A stretch of 52,592 nucleotides of DNA from Candidatus Bathyarchaeota archaeon UBA233 (GTDB lineage: Archaea > Thermoproteota > Bathyarchaeia > Bathyarchaeales > UBA233): contig DAZI01000077.1 of assembly GCA_002507245.1 (NCBI GenBank), positions 1 to 52,592 on the forward strand. Reading direction: 5' to 3'. A program made the translations under genes and the position numbers. Below the pieces are notes generated by a model that was not told the DNA's origin, did not search any database, and saw nothing but the letters and a program-made list of their open reading frames with translations. Positions 9,530-19,043 of this stretch are shown in pieces (position 1 is the first letter of the stretch; every line of letters starts with the position of its first letter).

Positions 9530-10771
9530 TTAGAACGGAATTGTGTAAATATTTCCAGTGTATACAAGTAAATCCCAAAGAGAATGAGTTGTAGCTGGAG
9601 CCACCAAACTACGACTTCGAACAAAGAGATAGTTCAAAATTATACTTCCAGAAAAATTGATTAGAGAAAACTCGGTGATTGCCGGCAAGACTTTTAATTT
9701 CCAGTTTAAAACTACCTGAAAAAATGTTGCTTGATGAGACAAAGCGAAGAAAAGAGAACAGAGAAAAACTGAAAGATGCATATCCAAGCCTTTCTCTAAA
9801 GTTGGAAACAATATTCCACGGAAAAGGAGTTCTTCCGAAATTACAACAACAATTATCACAGGCATCCAATGCCAATTTCCTCTAACAAGCATTTCCGATA
9901 AATTATAGTGACGAAAGACAACATAATAAACTACAAAAAGCGAATAAAGGATTATTGCCCATAGAATTCCATTAACCAAATTCTTTCGCCAATTATTCGT
10001 TACTAAGCCCATCTCCTTCAACGATAAATCATTAACCATCCAAGCCAAGAAACCGAGACTTAAGAAGGTTAAGACAAATCCTAATATAGTCAAAGCTGAA
10101 TCGTGGATGAATAGATACTGTAAGGCGCTAAAGGAAAAAGTGAAAACGGTTACTTTAAAAAGAGAAGAAGCTATAACAGTGTTAAAGTTTTTATGCGTAG
10201 TAATTTTCAATAAAAGCTTCGTAGTAAAAGCAATTATTGCCGCAAGTAACGTTACCAACCCAACTAGGAAGAGAAGACTTAGAGTGAAAACTATTGAGAC
10301 GTCTGTGGAATAAAAAGGCAAAGCAAGAATAAAGGAAGCGATTAAAGCTAGCCAAACAATGGGATAAAATCTCAAAGCTTTATGGAATAGGGTTACCTCC
10401 AGTTCTTGGGCCAGTTGGTAACCGAAATTGAAAATTTCGAAACCAAAAAGAATCCCAAAGGAAAAGTAAATCACTTTAACACCAGGGATCAACCACATGT
10501 TTAAAGCCCTTTCGATATTAAGGATGATAAAATAGACGATCATAGGTATAGTAAACAGGGATGCCCACCGTATAGAATAAATCTTCTTAGAAAACGTTTC
10601 TAGACGGGGTAAAACTGAAGCGCCAAGTAGAACTCCTAGATATATGCCTAAACAGCCCGAACACACAGGTAGCCAATGCCCACCGATTTCAAAAGTAGCA
10701 TAGTCCTCTTGAAAACAAAGTAAGGAGCCTAAAAAATTAGTAAAATCTATTATAATTGAAACGAGATTCAT
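9530..10771 (-). CDS. DUF2085-CPBP fusion: polytopic membrane protein with intact CAAX-protease-family (CPBP) intramembrane protease domain
   Basis: The N-terminus LCFQEDYATFEIGGHWLPVCSGCLGIYLG matches the DUF2085 Cys pattern. The C-terminal third has CPBP motifs EELLFRG, FFALSH and HSLWD. About 10 or more TM helices. Confidence 0.75.
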   Translation of the reverse strand: MNLVSIIIDFTNFLGSLLCFQEDYATFEIGGHWLPVCSGCLGIYLGVLLGASVLPRLETFSKKIYSIRWASLFTIPMIVYFIILNIERALNMWLIPGVKVIYFSFGILFGFEIFNFGYQLAQELEVTLFHKALRFYPIVWLALIASFILALPFYSTDVSIVFTLSLLFLVGLVTLLAAIIAFTTKLLLKITTHKNFNTVIASSLFKVTVFTFSFSALQYLFIHDSALTILGFVLTFLSLGFLAWMVNDLSLKEMGLVTNNWRKNLVNGILWAIILYSLFVVYYVVFRHYNLSEMLVRGNWHWMPVIIVVVISEELLFRGILFPTLEKGLDMHLSVFLCSLFFALSHQATFFQVVLNWKLKVLPAITEFSLINFSGSIILNYLFVRSRSLVAPATTHSLWDLLVYTGNIYTIPF

Positions 10772-10810
10772 GTATGCTCTCTCCGGCTTTGGAGAGAAAT
10801 TTTAAAGCTA

Positions 10811-11716
10811 TTGACTGTTAAACTTTGCTGTGGAAAAGACTTGAAGCTGTTAACCAAAATTTGGGCTATCATCTACATGGGGAGACCCTTTCTCTGGATT
10901 TTTTCTATAGGAACTGCCTTATGTGGGGCAATAATCGCCTTAAAAGGGGTGCCGCCGTTCGCTATTTTCTTGGCAATGGTTTTGGGAATTGGCCCTTGCA
11001 CCACCACAGCAATAAACGTTTTGAACGGGGTTTTTGATATTGAAACTGACAGAATTAACAAACCTGACCGCCCGCTTATTCAAGGAAAACTCAGCAAAAA
11101 TGAGGCGATCTTTGCTTCAGCTTTCCTTTACACTGTTTCACTCGTTGCAGCGTTTTTCTTCGGATTCTGGCCTTTTACCTTTATGAGTTTAGGGGTTATC
11201 CTTTCAATAGCCTATTCCGTTCCTCCCATTAGGCTTAAGAATTTAGGACTTGCCTCCAACATAGCATTGGCTGTTGGCTATTCGGGTATAACGTTCATTG
11301 GTGGATGGAGCCTTTTCAAAAGCCCCTTTGAGATTACACCAGAGGCATTAACTATTCTGTTTTTAATAGTGATTCAAGTAACTGGCGCTAACGTTGTAAA
11401 AGACTTTGTCGATTATGAAGGAGACTTAAACATTGGAATAAGAACTATTCCTGTGCGTTTCGGGATTAAAAAATCAGTCTTCATAATCCTTCCATTAATG
11501 GTAGGTGTTTATCTCACTATTCCGGTAATAGTATTTCTCGGAGTGTTCAAGCTACATTACCTATTCTTGAGCGCCTTTAGTCTATGGGGAATCTTTATAC
11601 TTAAAAAATTATATACGGCTAATCCCTCCAAAAGGTTAAGGAAGAAAATGTTTGTTCACGCCTTTTTCATGTCCCTTCTCACGGAAATTGCCTTTGCAGC
11701 TGCTTATCTCCTATAA
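10811..11716 (+). CDS. UbiA-family prenyltransferase (DGGGP-synthase-like)
   Basis: First Asp-rich motif NGVFDIETDRINKPDRPL and second motif KDFVDYEGDLNIGIRTIPV, with about 8 TM helices. The start is uncertain (TTG at 10811 vs ATG at 10877). Confidence 0.8.
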   Translation: MTVKLCCGKDLKLLTKIWAIIYMGRPFLWIFSIGTALCGAIIALKGVPPFAIFLAMVLGIGPCTTTAINVLNGVFDIETDRINKPDRPLIQGKLSKNEAIFASAFLYTVSLVAAFFFGFWPFTFMSLGVILSIAYSVPPIRLKNLGLASNIALAVGYSGITFIGGWSLFKSPFEITPEALTILFLIVIQVTGANVVKDFVDYEGDLNIGIRTIPVRFGIKKSVFIILPLMVGVYLTIPVIVFLGVFKLHYLFLSAFSLWGIFILKKLYTANPSKRLRKKMFVHAFFMSLLTEIAFAAAYLL

Positions 11717-11725
11717 ATGTATTTA

Positions 11726-12769
11726 TCACCACTGCCTAGAAACTATAAGTTCCGCCATTTGTCCCAATATCTGTTTTGCTCTAGTCTGAGGTAAAGTTTC
11801 CAGCTTTTTTTTAGCCTCTGAAGCATAATTCCTAGCTAACCCATAAGCATAATCAATTGAACCACATTCCTTCAAAATCTCGATAATTTCCTCTACCTCA
11901 ACTTTTTCAGCCTCTCTATTTCCCAAAGTTCGAAGAATTGCTCTTTTCTGGCTTTCTGAGCACGTATTAAGACAGTGGGCAATTATGACGGTTATCTTCC
12001 CGTTTCGTATATCAGAACCTATTTCCTTTCCTAAAGTTTGAGACAGACTTGTAAGCCCTAAAATGTCGTCAGCTAGCTGGTAGGCCACTCCTATCGAATC
12101 CCCATATTCAGACAAAGCTTCTCTTTCGGTTTGAGCCGCATTCCCAATGATTGCTCCTGCTTCCAGGGATACTTTTATAAAGGCCCCTGTCTTTTTCCTG
12201 GCAACTTCTAAGCATTCTTCAATCGACGCAATTTTTCTTTGGCTTATTATTAAATCCAAGTATTCCCCTTCTATCGCTTTAAGCCCAGCCTTGACAAATA
12301 AGTTCAATATTTCGATTACTTGTTGTTCCTTTCCTTTTAACAGGTTCGCTAAGCTAGTTACTGCCTCCACGCTTTTTAGAAATAAGAAGTCAGATGCAAG
12401 AATGGCATTGTGAATGCCCCAAACTATATGAACTGGTTTTTTCCCACGTCGTGTTTCTGCATTATCAAAAATGTCATCTTGAATCAACCCCATGGTGTGA
12501 GCAAGTTCCACGGCTGCTGAAACGGATAACGCGTTTTTTATGTTTCCGTTTACTGCTTCACATGCAAGTAATAACAGGAGGGGACGAATACGTTTTCCTC
12601 CAGCGTTTAGAGTATATGCGCACATTTTAGCTAATTCGCAATCATCAGAAATGAAACGGTTAATCTCATTTTCAACAATTAATAAATATTCAGAAACATC
12701 TTGATAGAAGCTATTAAATAGTCTCGTCAGCGAATTTTTCGACATTTCTCTTCGACAGAATAATCCCAC
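11726..12769 (-). CDS. idsA: Polyprenyl (geranylgeranyl) diphosphate synthase
   Basis: FARM is LIQDDIFD and SARM is QLADDILG, plus GGKRIRP. The true start may be the internal Met (MSKNS...). Confidence 0.88.
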   Translation of the reverse strand: MGLFCRREMSKNSLTRLFNSFYQDVSEYLLIVENEINRFISDDCELAKMCAYTLNAGGKRIRPLLLLLACEAVNGNIKNALSVSAAVELAHTMGLIQDDIFDNAETRRGKKPVHIVWGIHNAILASDFLFLKSVEAVTSLANLLKGKEQQVIEILNLFVKAGLKAIEGEYLDLIISQRKIASIEECLEVARKKTGAFIKVSLEAGAIIGNAAQTEREALSEYGDSIGVAYQLADDILGLTSLSQTLGKEIGSDIRNGKITVIIAHCLNTCSESQKRAILRTLGNREAEKVEVEEIIEILKECGSIDYAYGLARNYASEAKKKLETLPQTRAKQILGQMAELIVSRQW

Positions 12770-12849
12770 TACTTGTTATTTAAAAATTGGTTTGAATTAT
12801 GCCAAGAAAAGCGTTATACTGTGGAATATGGTAGATATTATGTTGAAGT

Positions 12850-13962
12850 CTAACTAAGAGTATCTTGAACAAGTTTTCGGAGTTTTGCTATATGGTTTTT
12901 ATGCTGGTATATCCACTTGTTTTTCTCAAAGAGGTTGTACGGAAGCGGTTGACGAGAATGTGTTCTGATGTCAGCGATCACATATCGGTAGTTCTTCAAG
13001 ATTTTCTTTCTCGCTAGATTGGAGAGTATATCCATAAGTTTGCGGAATTCTTTTCGCGGTAGGCTTACAGACACGATTAGAGAGTTTTCGCCTAGGATTT
13101 TCCCTAAACCTCTTACAAAGTGTTTGTCCATTACAGAGTTTGCAAATTTGGCTAGATATTCATGGTTGTAAAATTCTAGGAAGAGAAGAATTTCGTCAGA
13201 GTATTCAGGATCATATGGAAATATGAATACTTCAAAGCCTTCTAATAGTTTTCTCTCAACTAAATGTTTTTCATAGTGATATCTCGCTCTTTGTAGGCTT
13301 ATCCCTAGTTTACGGGCAATGCTTTGAAGGTGTTGTAAAGCGTCTTTTTCTAGCTCTCCTAAAATAAAAACATCTATGTCATCGCCATAATTTGGGAACT
13401 TGTCTGGATCAGTCAATGTGAAAGGAAGTTCAGTATCGGCTTTTTCAATTTCCTTTAACAATTCGTCCCACGGCAGGCTCCAACCCAGGGTTTTCTCGTC
13501 GAACCATTCTGGGGTGATCTTTCCAGCTTGGAAACAAGTGGACCAGTAAATTCTGGTTTCCTCCGCTACACCCAAGTCTTGTATGGTCTGTATGAACTCT
13601 TCAAATTCTTGTTCATGATTTACGGGTATTGTATAAACGGCTAGGCACCCTTCGCATTCACCGTAGCTTCTAACTAGATGCATCCAAAAATCATTTGCTT
13701 TCATGCAGTCATAAAGGAGTTGTTCTTTTCCTGGGGAAGCTTTTGCGACGACTATAGCTTTTTTCATGCCTAAGAAATTGTGGTAAACCGTTGCATTGCA
13801 TTTGAAGGATACTTTTGGGTGGCTAATCATACGATTTATCCGGAAACGAAGAGTTGCACGTGGAATACCGATGGCTCTAGCTACCTCGCTTAAGTTTCGA
13901 GGACCAACCTCGGTTAATGCTTGTAGAATCTTAACATCCAACGGGATTAATCTTTTATTCAT
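12850..13962 (-). CDS. Tandem Lrp/AsnC-like winged-helix transcriptional regulator (duplicated HTH + effector-like module)
   Basis: The first HTH is LDVKILQALTEVGPRNLSEVARAIGIPRATLRFRINRM. A second HTH-like block is DVFILGELEKDALQHLQSIARKLGISLQRARYHYEKHL. Each is followed by a domain of about 100 aa. Confidence 0.6.
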   Translation of the reverse strand: MNKRLIPLDVKILQALTEVGPRNLSEVARAIGIPRATLRFRINRMISHPKVSFKCNATVYHNFLGMKKAIVVAKASPGKEQLLYDCMKANDFWMHLVRSYGECEGCLAVYTIPVNHEQEFEEFIQTIQDLGVAEETRIYWSTCFQAGKITPEWFDEKTLGWSLPWDELLKEIEKADTELPFTLTDPDKFPNYGDDIDVFILGELEKDALQHLQSIARKLGISLQRARYHYEKHLVERKLLEGFEVFIFPYDPEYSDEILLFLEFYNHEYLAKFANSVMDKHFVRGLGKILGENSLIVSVSLPRKEFRKLMDILSNLARKKILKNYRYVIADIRTHSRQPLPYNLFEKNKWIYQHKNHIAKLRKLVQDTLS

Positions 13963-14027
13963 GTTTGCTCGTTCGTTGTATTGTCATCATCTTCCTTTTA
14001 TAGTTTATTTTTTTAGCGATAGATAGG

Positions 14028-14864
14028 TTAAAAGTTGTGTTTTCCTATCAAACTTGGAAAGAACCAACGTTTCCTTTGTTTCTGCTTTTCTATAGTCCAA
14101 TCTGCCAAAATTTTGACCGCTTCGTTCGCCACTTTTATACAATCTTCTTCCCCTGCGTTTGGCTTAAATTCGTCTGTGATTCGGTTAGCGTAAACGGCAC
14201 ATATAGCTCCGGCCTTCAAGCCATAAAGATTGGCTAGAGTAAACAGGGTAGCAGCTTCCATCTCAAAGTTGATAACATTAGCCTTCTGAAGAACTTCAAC
14301 AAAATTCTTAGTTTGCTCAAACGTTACATCTTCCATAGTTTGTCTTGCTTGTCCAGCGTAAAAATCAGCCGTGGTAGCTGTTAACCCCACGTGATAATTA
14401 GTTATTCCCAAGCTTTCACAAGCTTCAATCAAAGCTAAAACAACCTCATAACTAGCCACAGCTGGATATTCCACCATAACATAACAGTTGCTTGTAAAAT
14501 CTAATCGAACTGCGGCAGTAGAGATCACTAAATCTCCACATTTAACATTTCTTTGGATTGCTCCACAACTTCCAACACGGATAAAAGTCTTCACTCCTAT
14601 TCGCGATGCTTCATTGACAACAATGGCCATACAAGCCGGGCCAATACCGCTTGAGATGGCGGACACATCAACGTCTTTATATTTTCCAGTGAAGGCCCTA
14701 AACTCACGATGCATGGATATCTCTTTGGCTACATCCCAGAAACCAGCGATTTTAGGCACCCTATCTGGGTCTCCGGGGACAAGTAAGTATTCAGCTAAGT
14801 CACCTTTTCCACAGCGAATATGGTATTGTTTATCATCCTCCAGTTTATGATGCAAGCTTCTCAC
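14028..14864 (-). CDS. Nucleoside phosphorylase, PNP/UDP family 1 (uridine phosphorylase-like)
   Basis: GDPDRV, IRVGSCGAI and NFEMEAATLF blocks. Confidence 0.8.
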   Translation of the reverse strand: MRSLHHKLEDDKQYHIRCGKGDLAEYLLVPGDPDRVPKIAGFWDVAKEISMHREFRAFTGKYKDVDVSAISSGIGPACMAIVVNEASRIGVKTFIRVGSCGAIQRNVKCGDLVISTAAVRLDFTSNCYVMVEYPAVASYEVVLALIEACESLGITNYHVGLTATTADFYAGQARQTMEDVTFEQTKNFVEVLQKANVINFEMEAATLFTLANLYGLKAGAICAVYANRITDEFKPNAGEEDCIKVANEAVKILADWTIEKQKQRKRWFFPSLIGKHNF

Positions 14865-14962
14865 CGCTTTCTTTTGAAGAGATGTTCAATTAATTGTTTG
14901 TCTTTAAAACGTAGCAAATATAAAGGTCTGTGGTAAATACATTTTCAATTTCGGAGAAAAGC

Positions 14963-15148
14963 ATGATGGCGGAGAAAACGTTAGTCTTAACTGTTTGCAC
15001 AAGCTGTAATAAACCTATTCCACCACGAAGCGAAGCGACAAAATTCCAGTGCCCCAACTGTGGTGAAATCACCATTTGGCGATGTAAAAAATGCCGAAAC
15101 TTTGGTCGAACTTATAAATGTCCAAAATGTGGATTCATTGGCCCTTAG
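14963..15148 (+). CDS. Zinc-finger micro-protein with C(P)XCG knuckles (COG2888 / HVO_2753-like)
   Basis: CTSCNK...CPNCGE...CKKCRN...CPKCGFIGP gives four CxxC knuckles in about 60 aa. The likely start is ATG at 14963, inside the listed ORF 14930..15148. Confidence 0.7.
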   Translation: MMAEKTLVLTVCTSCNKPIPPRSEATKFQCPNCGEITIWRCKKCRNFGRTYKCPKCGFIGP

Positions 15149-15170
15149 AAAAGGTTCCTTCGCCTTATTC

Positions 15171-16274
15171 TCATCTATAAACCTTAATTGGCTTACCAAG
15201 TTTTCCATGAAATATTTTTTGTATGCCTATTCCCGGCTGGTTGGGTGGAATTCGGAGAGACCCTTCAAGTTCCGCGCAGCCTTTTTCTATTAGCTTGTCT
15301 TTCAGTAGGAGGTCAGAATCTAAATCAGCGTAGCGTATGTTCTTGGTAGCCGCCGCTAAGTGAACAGCAGCTGTTATCCCGAGGCCAGACTCGCCCATGC
15401 AGCCTATCATACAGGGAACAGCAGCGGCTTCAGCTATTGCAGCTATTTTCCTCGCATTTAATATCCCCCCGCATTTCATGAGCTTTATGTTAATTAGATC
15501 CACCGCTTCAGCTTCCACCGTTTTTAATGCGTCTCTGGGTGAATGAACAGCCTCGTCCGCCATGATCGGGATTGTAGAGTTTTTTCGTACGTAAGCTAAG
15601 CCCTCGAGGTCATTGGCCTTTACTGGTTGTTCTACGAACTCTAGGTCGAATCTTTCAAGCTTCTTAAGTACGTTTACAGCCTGTTCAGGGGTCCATCCTT
15701 GATTTGCGTCTATTCGAAGGGCCACTTTGTTGCCTACAGAGTTCCTTACCATTGCAACCCGTTCCACATCTTCTTCGGGATTGATGCCCACTTTAATCTT
15801 TAAGGCTCTAAAACCCTGTTCTATGGCTTTAACTGCTGCTTCAGCCATTTCCTGCGGGGATTTTATTCCGAGGGTAAAATCCGTTAACACTTTGGTTCTA
15901 TAACCACCTATGACGCGATAAAGGGGCCTTTGCGCAACCTTTCCCAAAATATCATGTAATGCCATATCGATAGCAGCTTTGGCGGAAGGATTTCCAGAAA
16001 CAGTTTCATCCATAATTTCAACAACATGCTCAATTCTTAAGGGACACATACCAATAAGCTTGGGCGATATTTTGTCTAACGCTTCCATTACTGTTTGTGG
16101 TGTTTCGCCGGTTATTCGTTGTGAAGGTGAAGCTTCACCCCAACCCTCAATTTCGAAATCGGTTATTACTTGTACAATAACGTTATGGCTTTCAGTACTT
16201 GTGCCTAAAGCTATACGAAAAGGTTCTTTATATTGAAGTTTAACCGAATACACACGAATTTCCTTAATACCCAT
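15171..16274 (-). CDS. Enolase-superfamily enzyme, MR/MLE family (dipeptide epimerase-like)
   Basis: KIKVG, RIDANQGW, FVEQP and MADEA metal/acid-base blocks. Confidence 0.8.
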   Translation of the reverse strand: MGIKEIRVYSVKLQYKEPFRIALGTSTESHNVIVQVITDFEIEGWGEASPSQRITGETPQTVMEALDKISPKLIGMCPLRIEHVVEIMDETVSGNPSAKAAIDMALHDILGKVAQRPLYRVIGGYRTKVLTDFTLGIKSPQEMAEAAVKAIEQGFRALKIKVGINPEEDVERVAMVRNSVGNKVALRIDANQGWTPEQAVNVLKKLERFDLEFVEQPVKANDLEGLAYVRKNSTIPIMADEAVHSPRDALKTVEAEAVDLINIKLMKCGGILNARKIAAIAEAAAVPCMIGCMGESGLGITAAVHLAAATKNIRYADLDSDLLLKDKLIEKGCAELEGSLRIPPNQPGIGIQKIFHGKLGKPIKVYR

Positions 16275-16442
16275 TTTCCAGCACCAAACCTTTCTCTTTC
16301 TATATTAATCATCCTTAAACGTTTTTACTTTCCTAGCAGTCCATAGGTAGAAGCCTATTGCCCAATTGGATTTAACAAATGGGCGTTTAAGGGGACAAAC
16401 CCTTAAATAAAACAATATCCGCTCGGTATTCTCCGGGAAATC

Positions 16443-16904
16443 ATGAAACAACTTAAAAGAATGCTGACAAGAGCATTGGCCGCGCTGTTCATCATGTTTA
16501 TCTTCTGGTTGGCTGCAATTTCCGAAGGGTTGGGATATTCTGCAAAAGTAAAGGTTTCTTCGGTATGTAATCCTGTAGAGGGACACTATTGTAGCGGGGC
16601 GATCGTAGATGGACAATGTAACGTTTCCCTCAATCCTTTTCTATTTTTCATCAGTCATATCCGTGGTGACGGAACAGTCCAGTACAATTTTAAGATGGGC
16701 TTTGGCCCTTATGTTATTTATTCGCCGGAGAAAATAAAGGAAAAGGTAGGAAGTATGATCGCCATCCAGGAGTCATTTTGGAATCTTCCATTTCTCTTCT
16801 TAATGGGGCTATCGATAGTTTACTTGGTGGAAGAACTCTTCAAAGTTGTTGAAAACTTAGTTAAAGAGAAGCCGTTGAAGAATGGGAATTTCAGATCTAT
16901 TTAG
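16443..16904 (+). CDS. Hypothetical membrane-anchored protein
   Basis: N-terminal signal anchor, Cys-containing extracytoplasmic segment and C-terminal TM helix. No family recognised. Confidence 0.4.
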   Translation: MKQLKRMLTRALAALFIMFIFWLAAISEGLGYSAKVKVSSVCNPVEGHYCSGAIVDGQCNVSLNPFLFFISHIRGDGTVQYNFKMGFGPYVIYSPEKIKEKVGSMIAIQESFWNLPFLFLMGLSIVYLVEELFKVVENLVKEKPLKNGNFRSI

Positions 16905-18222
16905 TTTTCTTTTTCCGTCTGAAACTTTTCATTCGAAGTTTGACGGTTAATATTTTCTCCGTTGCGAACAGTTTTGCAGCAACATAAAGGATGGCTACAG
17001 TAAAGGCTGAGACATAGAGAATGCCTAGAACAGCTGTTAAATGGTCTCCCATAATTACAGCTTTGGATGTTAATATAGGGTGACTATATGGAATAGCCAG
17101 TATGAGAATCCTTAACGGAAACGGAAGCAAACTTATGTCCAAATACATTAGCACAAAGGAAGGAACAAATATGAGGGGATATATAAAGCCTATAAGTGAT
17201 TGTGCGCTTCTAACGTTTTCCGCGAACGCGGACAAGATTATTGCCAAAGCCAAAGCTGAGAGAAGTGAAACAAAAAGCGAAGTCCCCAAGAGTACATATC
17301 CCAAAGCTGATGGTGCAAGTCCTAGAGAGGCTAAATCCAAATTTAATTCTTCGGTTGGAATTGCTCCAATAAAGGATCCCATATAAAAGCTGAACCCCAC
17401 TAGATAGGCCAAGGCCCCAACAGCAGCTACTATAATTGAACCAGCAAGTTTACCAGCCAAAATAGTGAATCTACCTATGGGTAAAGTAAGTAAAGTTTCC
17501 AGCGTTTTCTCTTCCTTTTCCATAGCTACTGAAGTAGCGGCGATTTGCATAGCGAATGTTAAAAGCATCATAATCATTATGGGCAACATTATTGACTGCA
17601 TCATCATTAAACCAGCCACCATAGAGGGATCAACCCCAAAAAGGATCTCGCCTTTAACAACCGTGCTTTTTCTCAAACGAATCGGGTTAGGAGCTTTCCG
17701 CCGATTATAGCTTTCAATTAAAGAATCAATAACGGAAACACCTATTTCTTCGAACACCCCACCACCGCCAAAGACCCCAAAAACTTCCACTTCAGCCCCT
17801 ACCAAGGCGTTTCCCTCTAGAACATTACTGATGTTTTTGCTGAAGTCTTCAGGAATAACAATAAGTAAAGTGGCATTGTAGTTTAACATGAGGCTTACCG
17901 CTTCTTCCAAAGTCGAAGCTTCTATCTCGTGAATCTTTATTCCGGAATTGCTCAGATATCGAGTGAAGTTTCTTGCATAGCTTCCATTATCATGATTCCA
18001 AACCATAATCGACATTTCAGCAAGTTTTTCTTTAGCGGCTTCCATGGATGCGCCCACAATACCGCCTATTATCGGAAATATTATGAGAGGCATTAAAATC
18101 ATGCCTATCAAGATTTTAGGATCTCGCATCAGCTCCTTTAACTCTTTAAGCACTAAATTCCCTAAGCCTTTAAGCAATTTTAACCACCTTTGCGAACACT
18201 TCTTCAAGATTTTTACTTTCAA
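16897..18222 (-). CDS. ABC-2-type transporter permease (NatB-like)
   Basis: N-terminal KELKELMRDPK + TM helix, a large extracytoplasmic loop and 5 C-terminal TM helices. The listed start overlaps the ATPase gene by 53 nt. A TTG at about 18177 (8-nt overlap with the ATPase stop) is a more plausible start. Confidence 0.75.
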   Translation of the reverse strand: MKVKILKKCSQRWLKLLKGLGNLVLKELKELMRDPKILIGMILMPLIIFPIIGGIVGASMEAAKEKLAEMSIMVWNHDNGSYARNFTRYLSNSGIKIHEIEASTLEEAVSLMLNYNATLLIVIPEDFSKNISNVLEGNALVGAEVEVFGVFGGGGVFEEIGVSVIDSLIESYNRRKAPNPIRLRKSTVVKGEILFGVDPSMVAGLMMMQSIMLPIMIMMLLTFAMQIAATSVAMEKEEKTLETLLTLPIGRFTILAGKLAGSIIVAAVGALAYLVGFSFYMGSFIGAIPTEELNLDLASLGLAPSALGYVLLGTSLFVSLLSALALAIILSAFAENVRSAQSLIGFIYPLIFVPSFVLMYLDISLLPFPLRILILAIPYSHPILTSKAVIMGDHLTAVLGILYVSAFTVAILYVAAKLFATEKILTVKLRMKSFRRKKKTK

Positions 18223-18901
18223 ATTTTTCCTTGAGTTGTTTCGGTGAACCCTCGGCCACTATTTTACCTTTGTTTAAAAGCACAACTCTGTCGCAGAGAT
18301 AATCCACTTCAAGCATGTTATGGCTTGAAAGAAGCACCGTAATACCATGGTTTTCTACATATCGTTTTATTGTTTCTCTAACATGATAAGAATGAAGGAC
18401 ATCCAAGCCGCTTGTCGGTTCATCTAAAACAGCGAGCTTCGGCTTACCCATCAATGCCCGTGCTACAAGAAGCCTTCGTTTCATTCCTTTGCTGTAAGTT
18501 TTAACCTTATCCTTTAAACGTTCACCTAAACCTGAAATAGTTACTGCCTCCTTCACCAGCTCCTTCACTTGAAGCTTCGTTTCCGCTTTAAAACGAGCCA
18601 TAAACTCCAAATATTCCAAACCTGAAAGATTCGGATAAGCCCCAGCTTCTTCAGGAAGATAACTTAAAATCATACGCACTTCATTGGCTTTTTCCACAAC
18701 ATCCAAGCCAAAAACGCCCACCCGTCCAGAATTGGGCAAAAGAAGAGTAGAAACAATTCTTAAAGCAGTAGTCTTACCCGCACCGTTTGGCCCAATAAGC
18801 CCGAAAATTTCCCCCTTCTTCACATGAAAACTTAGTTCATCTAAGGCTTTTACACCGCCGAAAACCTTTACTAGCCTTTCAGCCTCAACAGCATAATCCA
18901 T
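18170..18901 (-). CDS. ABC transporter ATP-binding protein
   Basis: Walker A GPNGAGKTT, signature YSKGMKRRL, Walker B LAVLDEPTSGLD and H-loop SSHNM. Confidence 0.92.
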   Translation of the reverse strand: MDYAVEAERLVKVFGGVKALDELSFHVKKGEIFGLIGPNGAGKTTALRIVSTLLLPNSGRVGVFGLDVVEKANEVRMILSYLPEEAGAYPNLSGLEYLEFMARFKAETKLQVKELVKEAVTISGLGERLKDKVKTYSKGMKRRLLVARALMGKPKLAVLDEPTSGLDVLHSYHVRETIKRYVENHGITVLLSSHNMLEVDYLCDRVVLLNKGKIVAEGSPKQLKEKFESKNLEEVFAKVVKIA

Positions 18902-19002
18902 AACCGTAACTCACCTTATCGGAAACCCTAATTTTAGAGTCTACTTAAATCTTGTGTATCAGAGAAAAACCGAAATTTCCTTTTCTACAGAGTTCGGTCA
19001 CA

Positions 19003-19027
19003 CGTAAGACTTATAAATCGTAAGACT
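19003..19027 (+). promoter_or_regulatory. TATA box (TTATAAAT) bracketed by a perfect 9-bp direct repeat CGTAAGACT
   Basis: cgtaagact (19003-19011) - tataaat - cgtaagact (19019-19027), about 17-30 nt upstream of the 19044/19056 start codons. Confidence 0.4.
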
Positions 19028-19043
19028 CCATACCGCTTTTACG

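Noticed and set aside
16305-16616. 103-aa minus-strand ORF between the epimerase gene and the 16443 ORF
   Set aside because: It overlaps the plus-strand membrane-protein ORF and the intergenic promoter region. The product is Cys/Arg/Phe-rich with no motif, so it is likely spurious.
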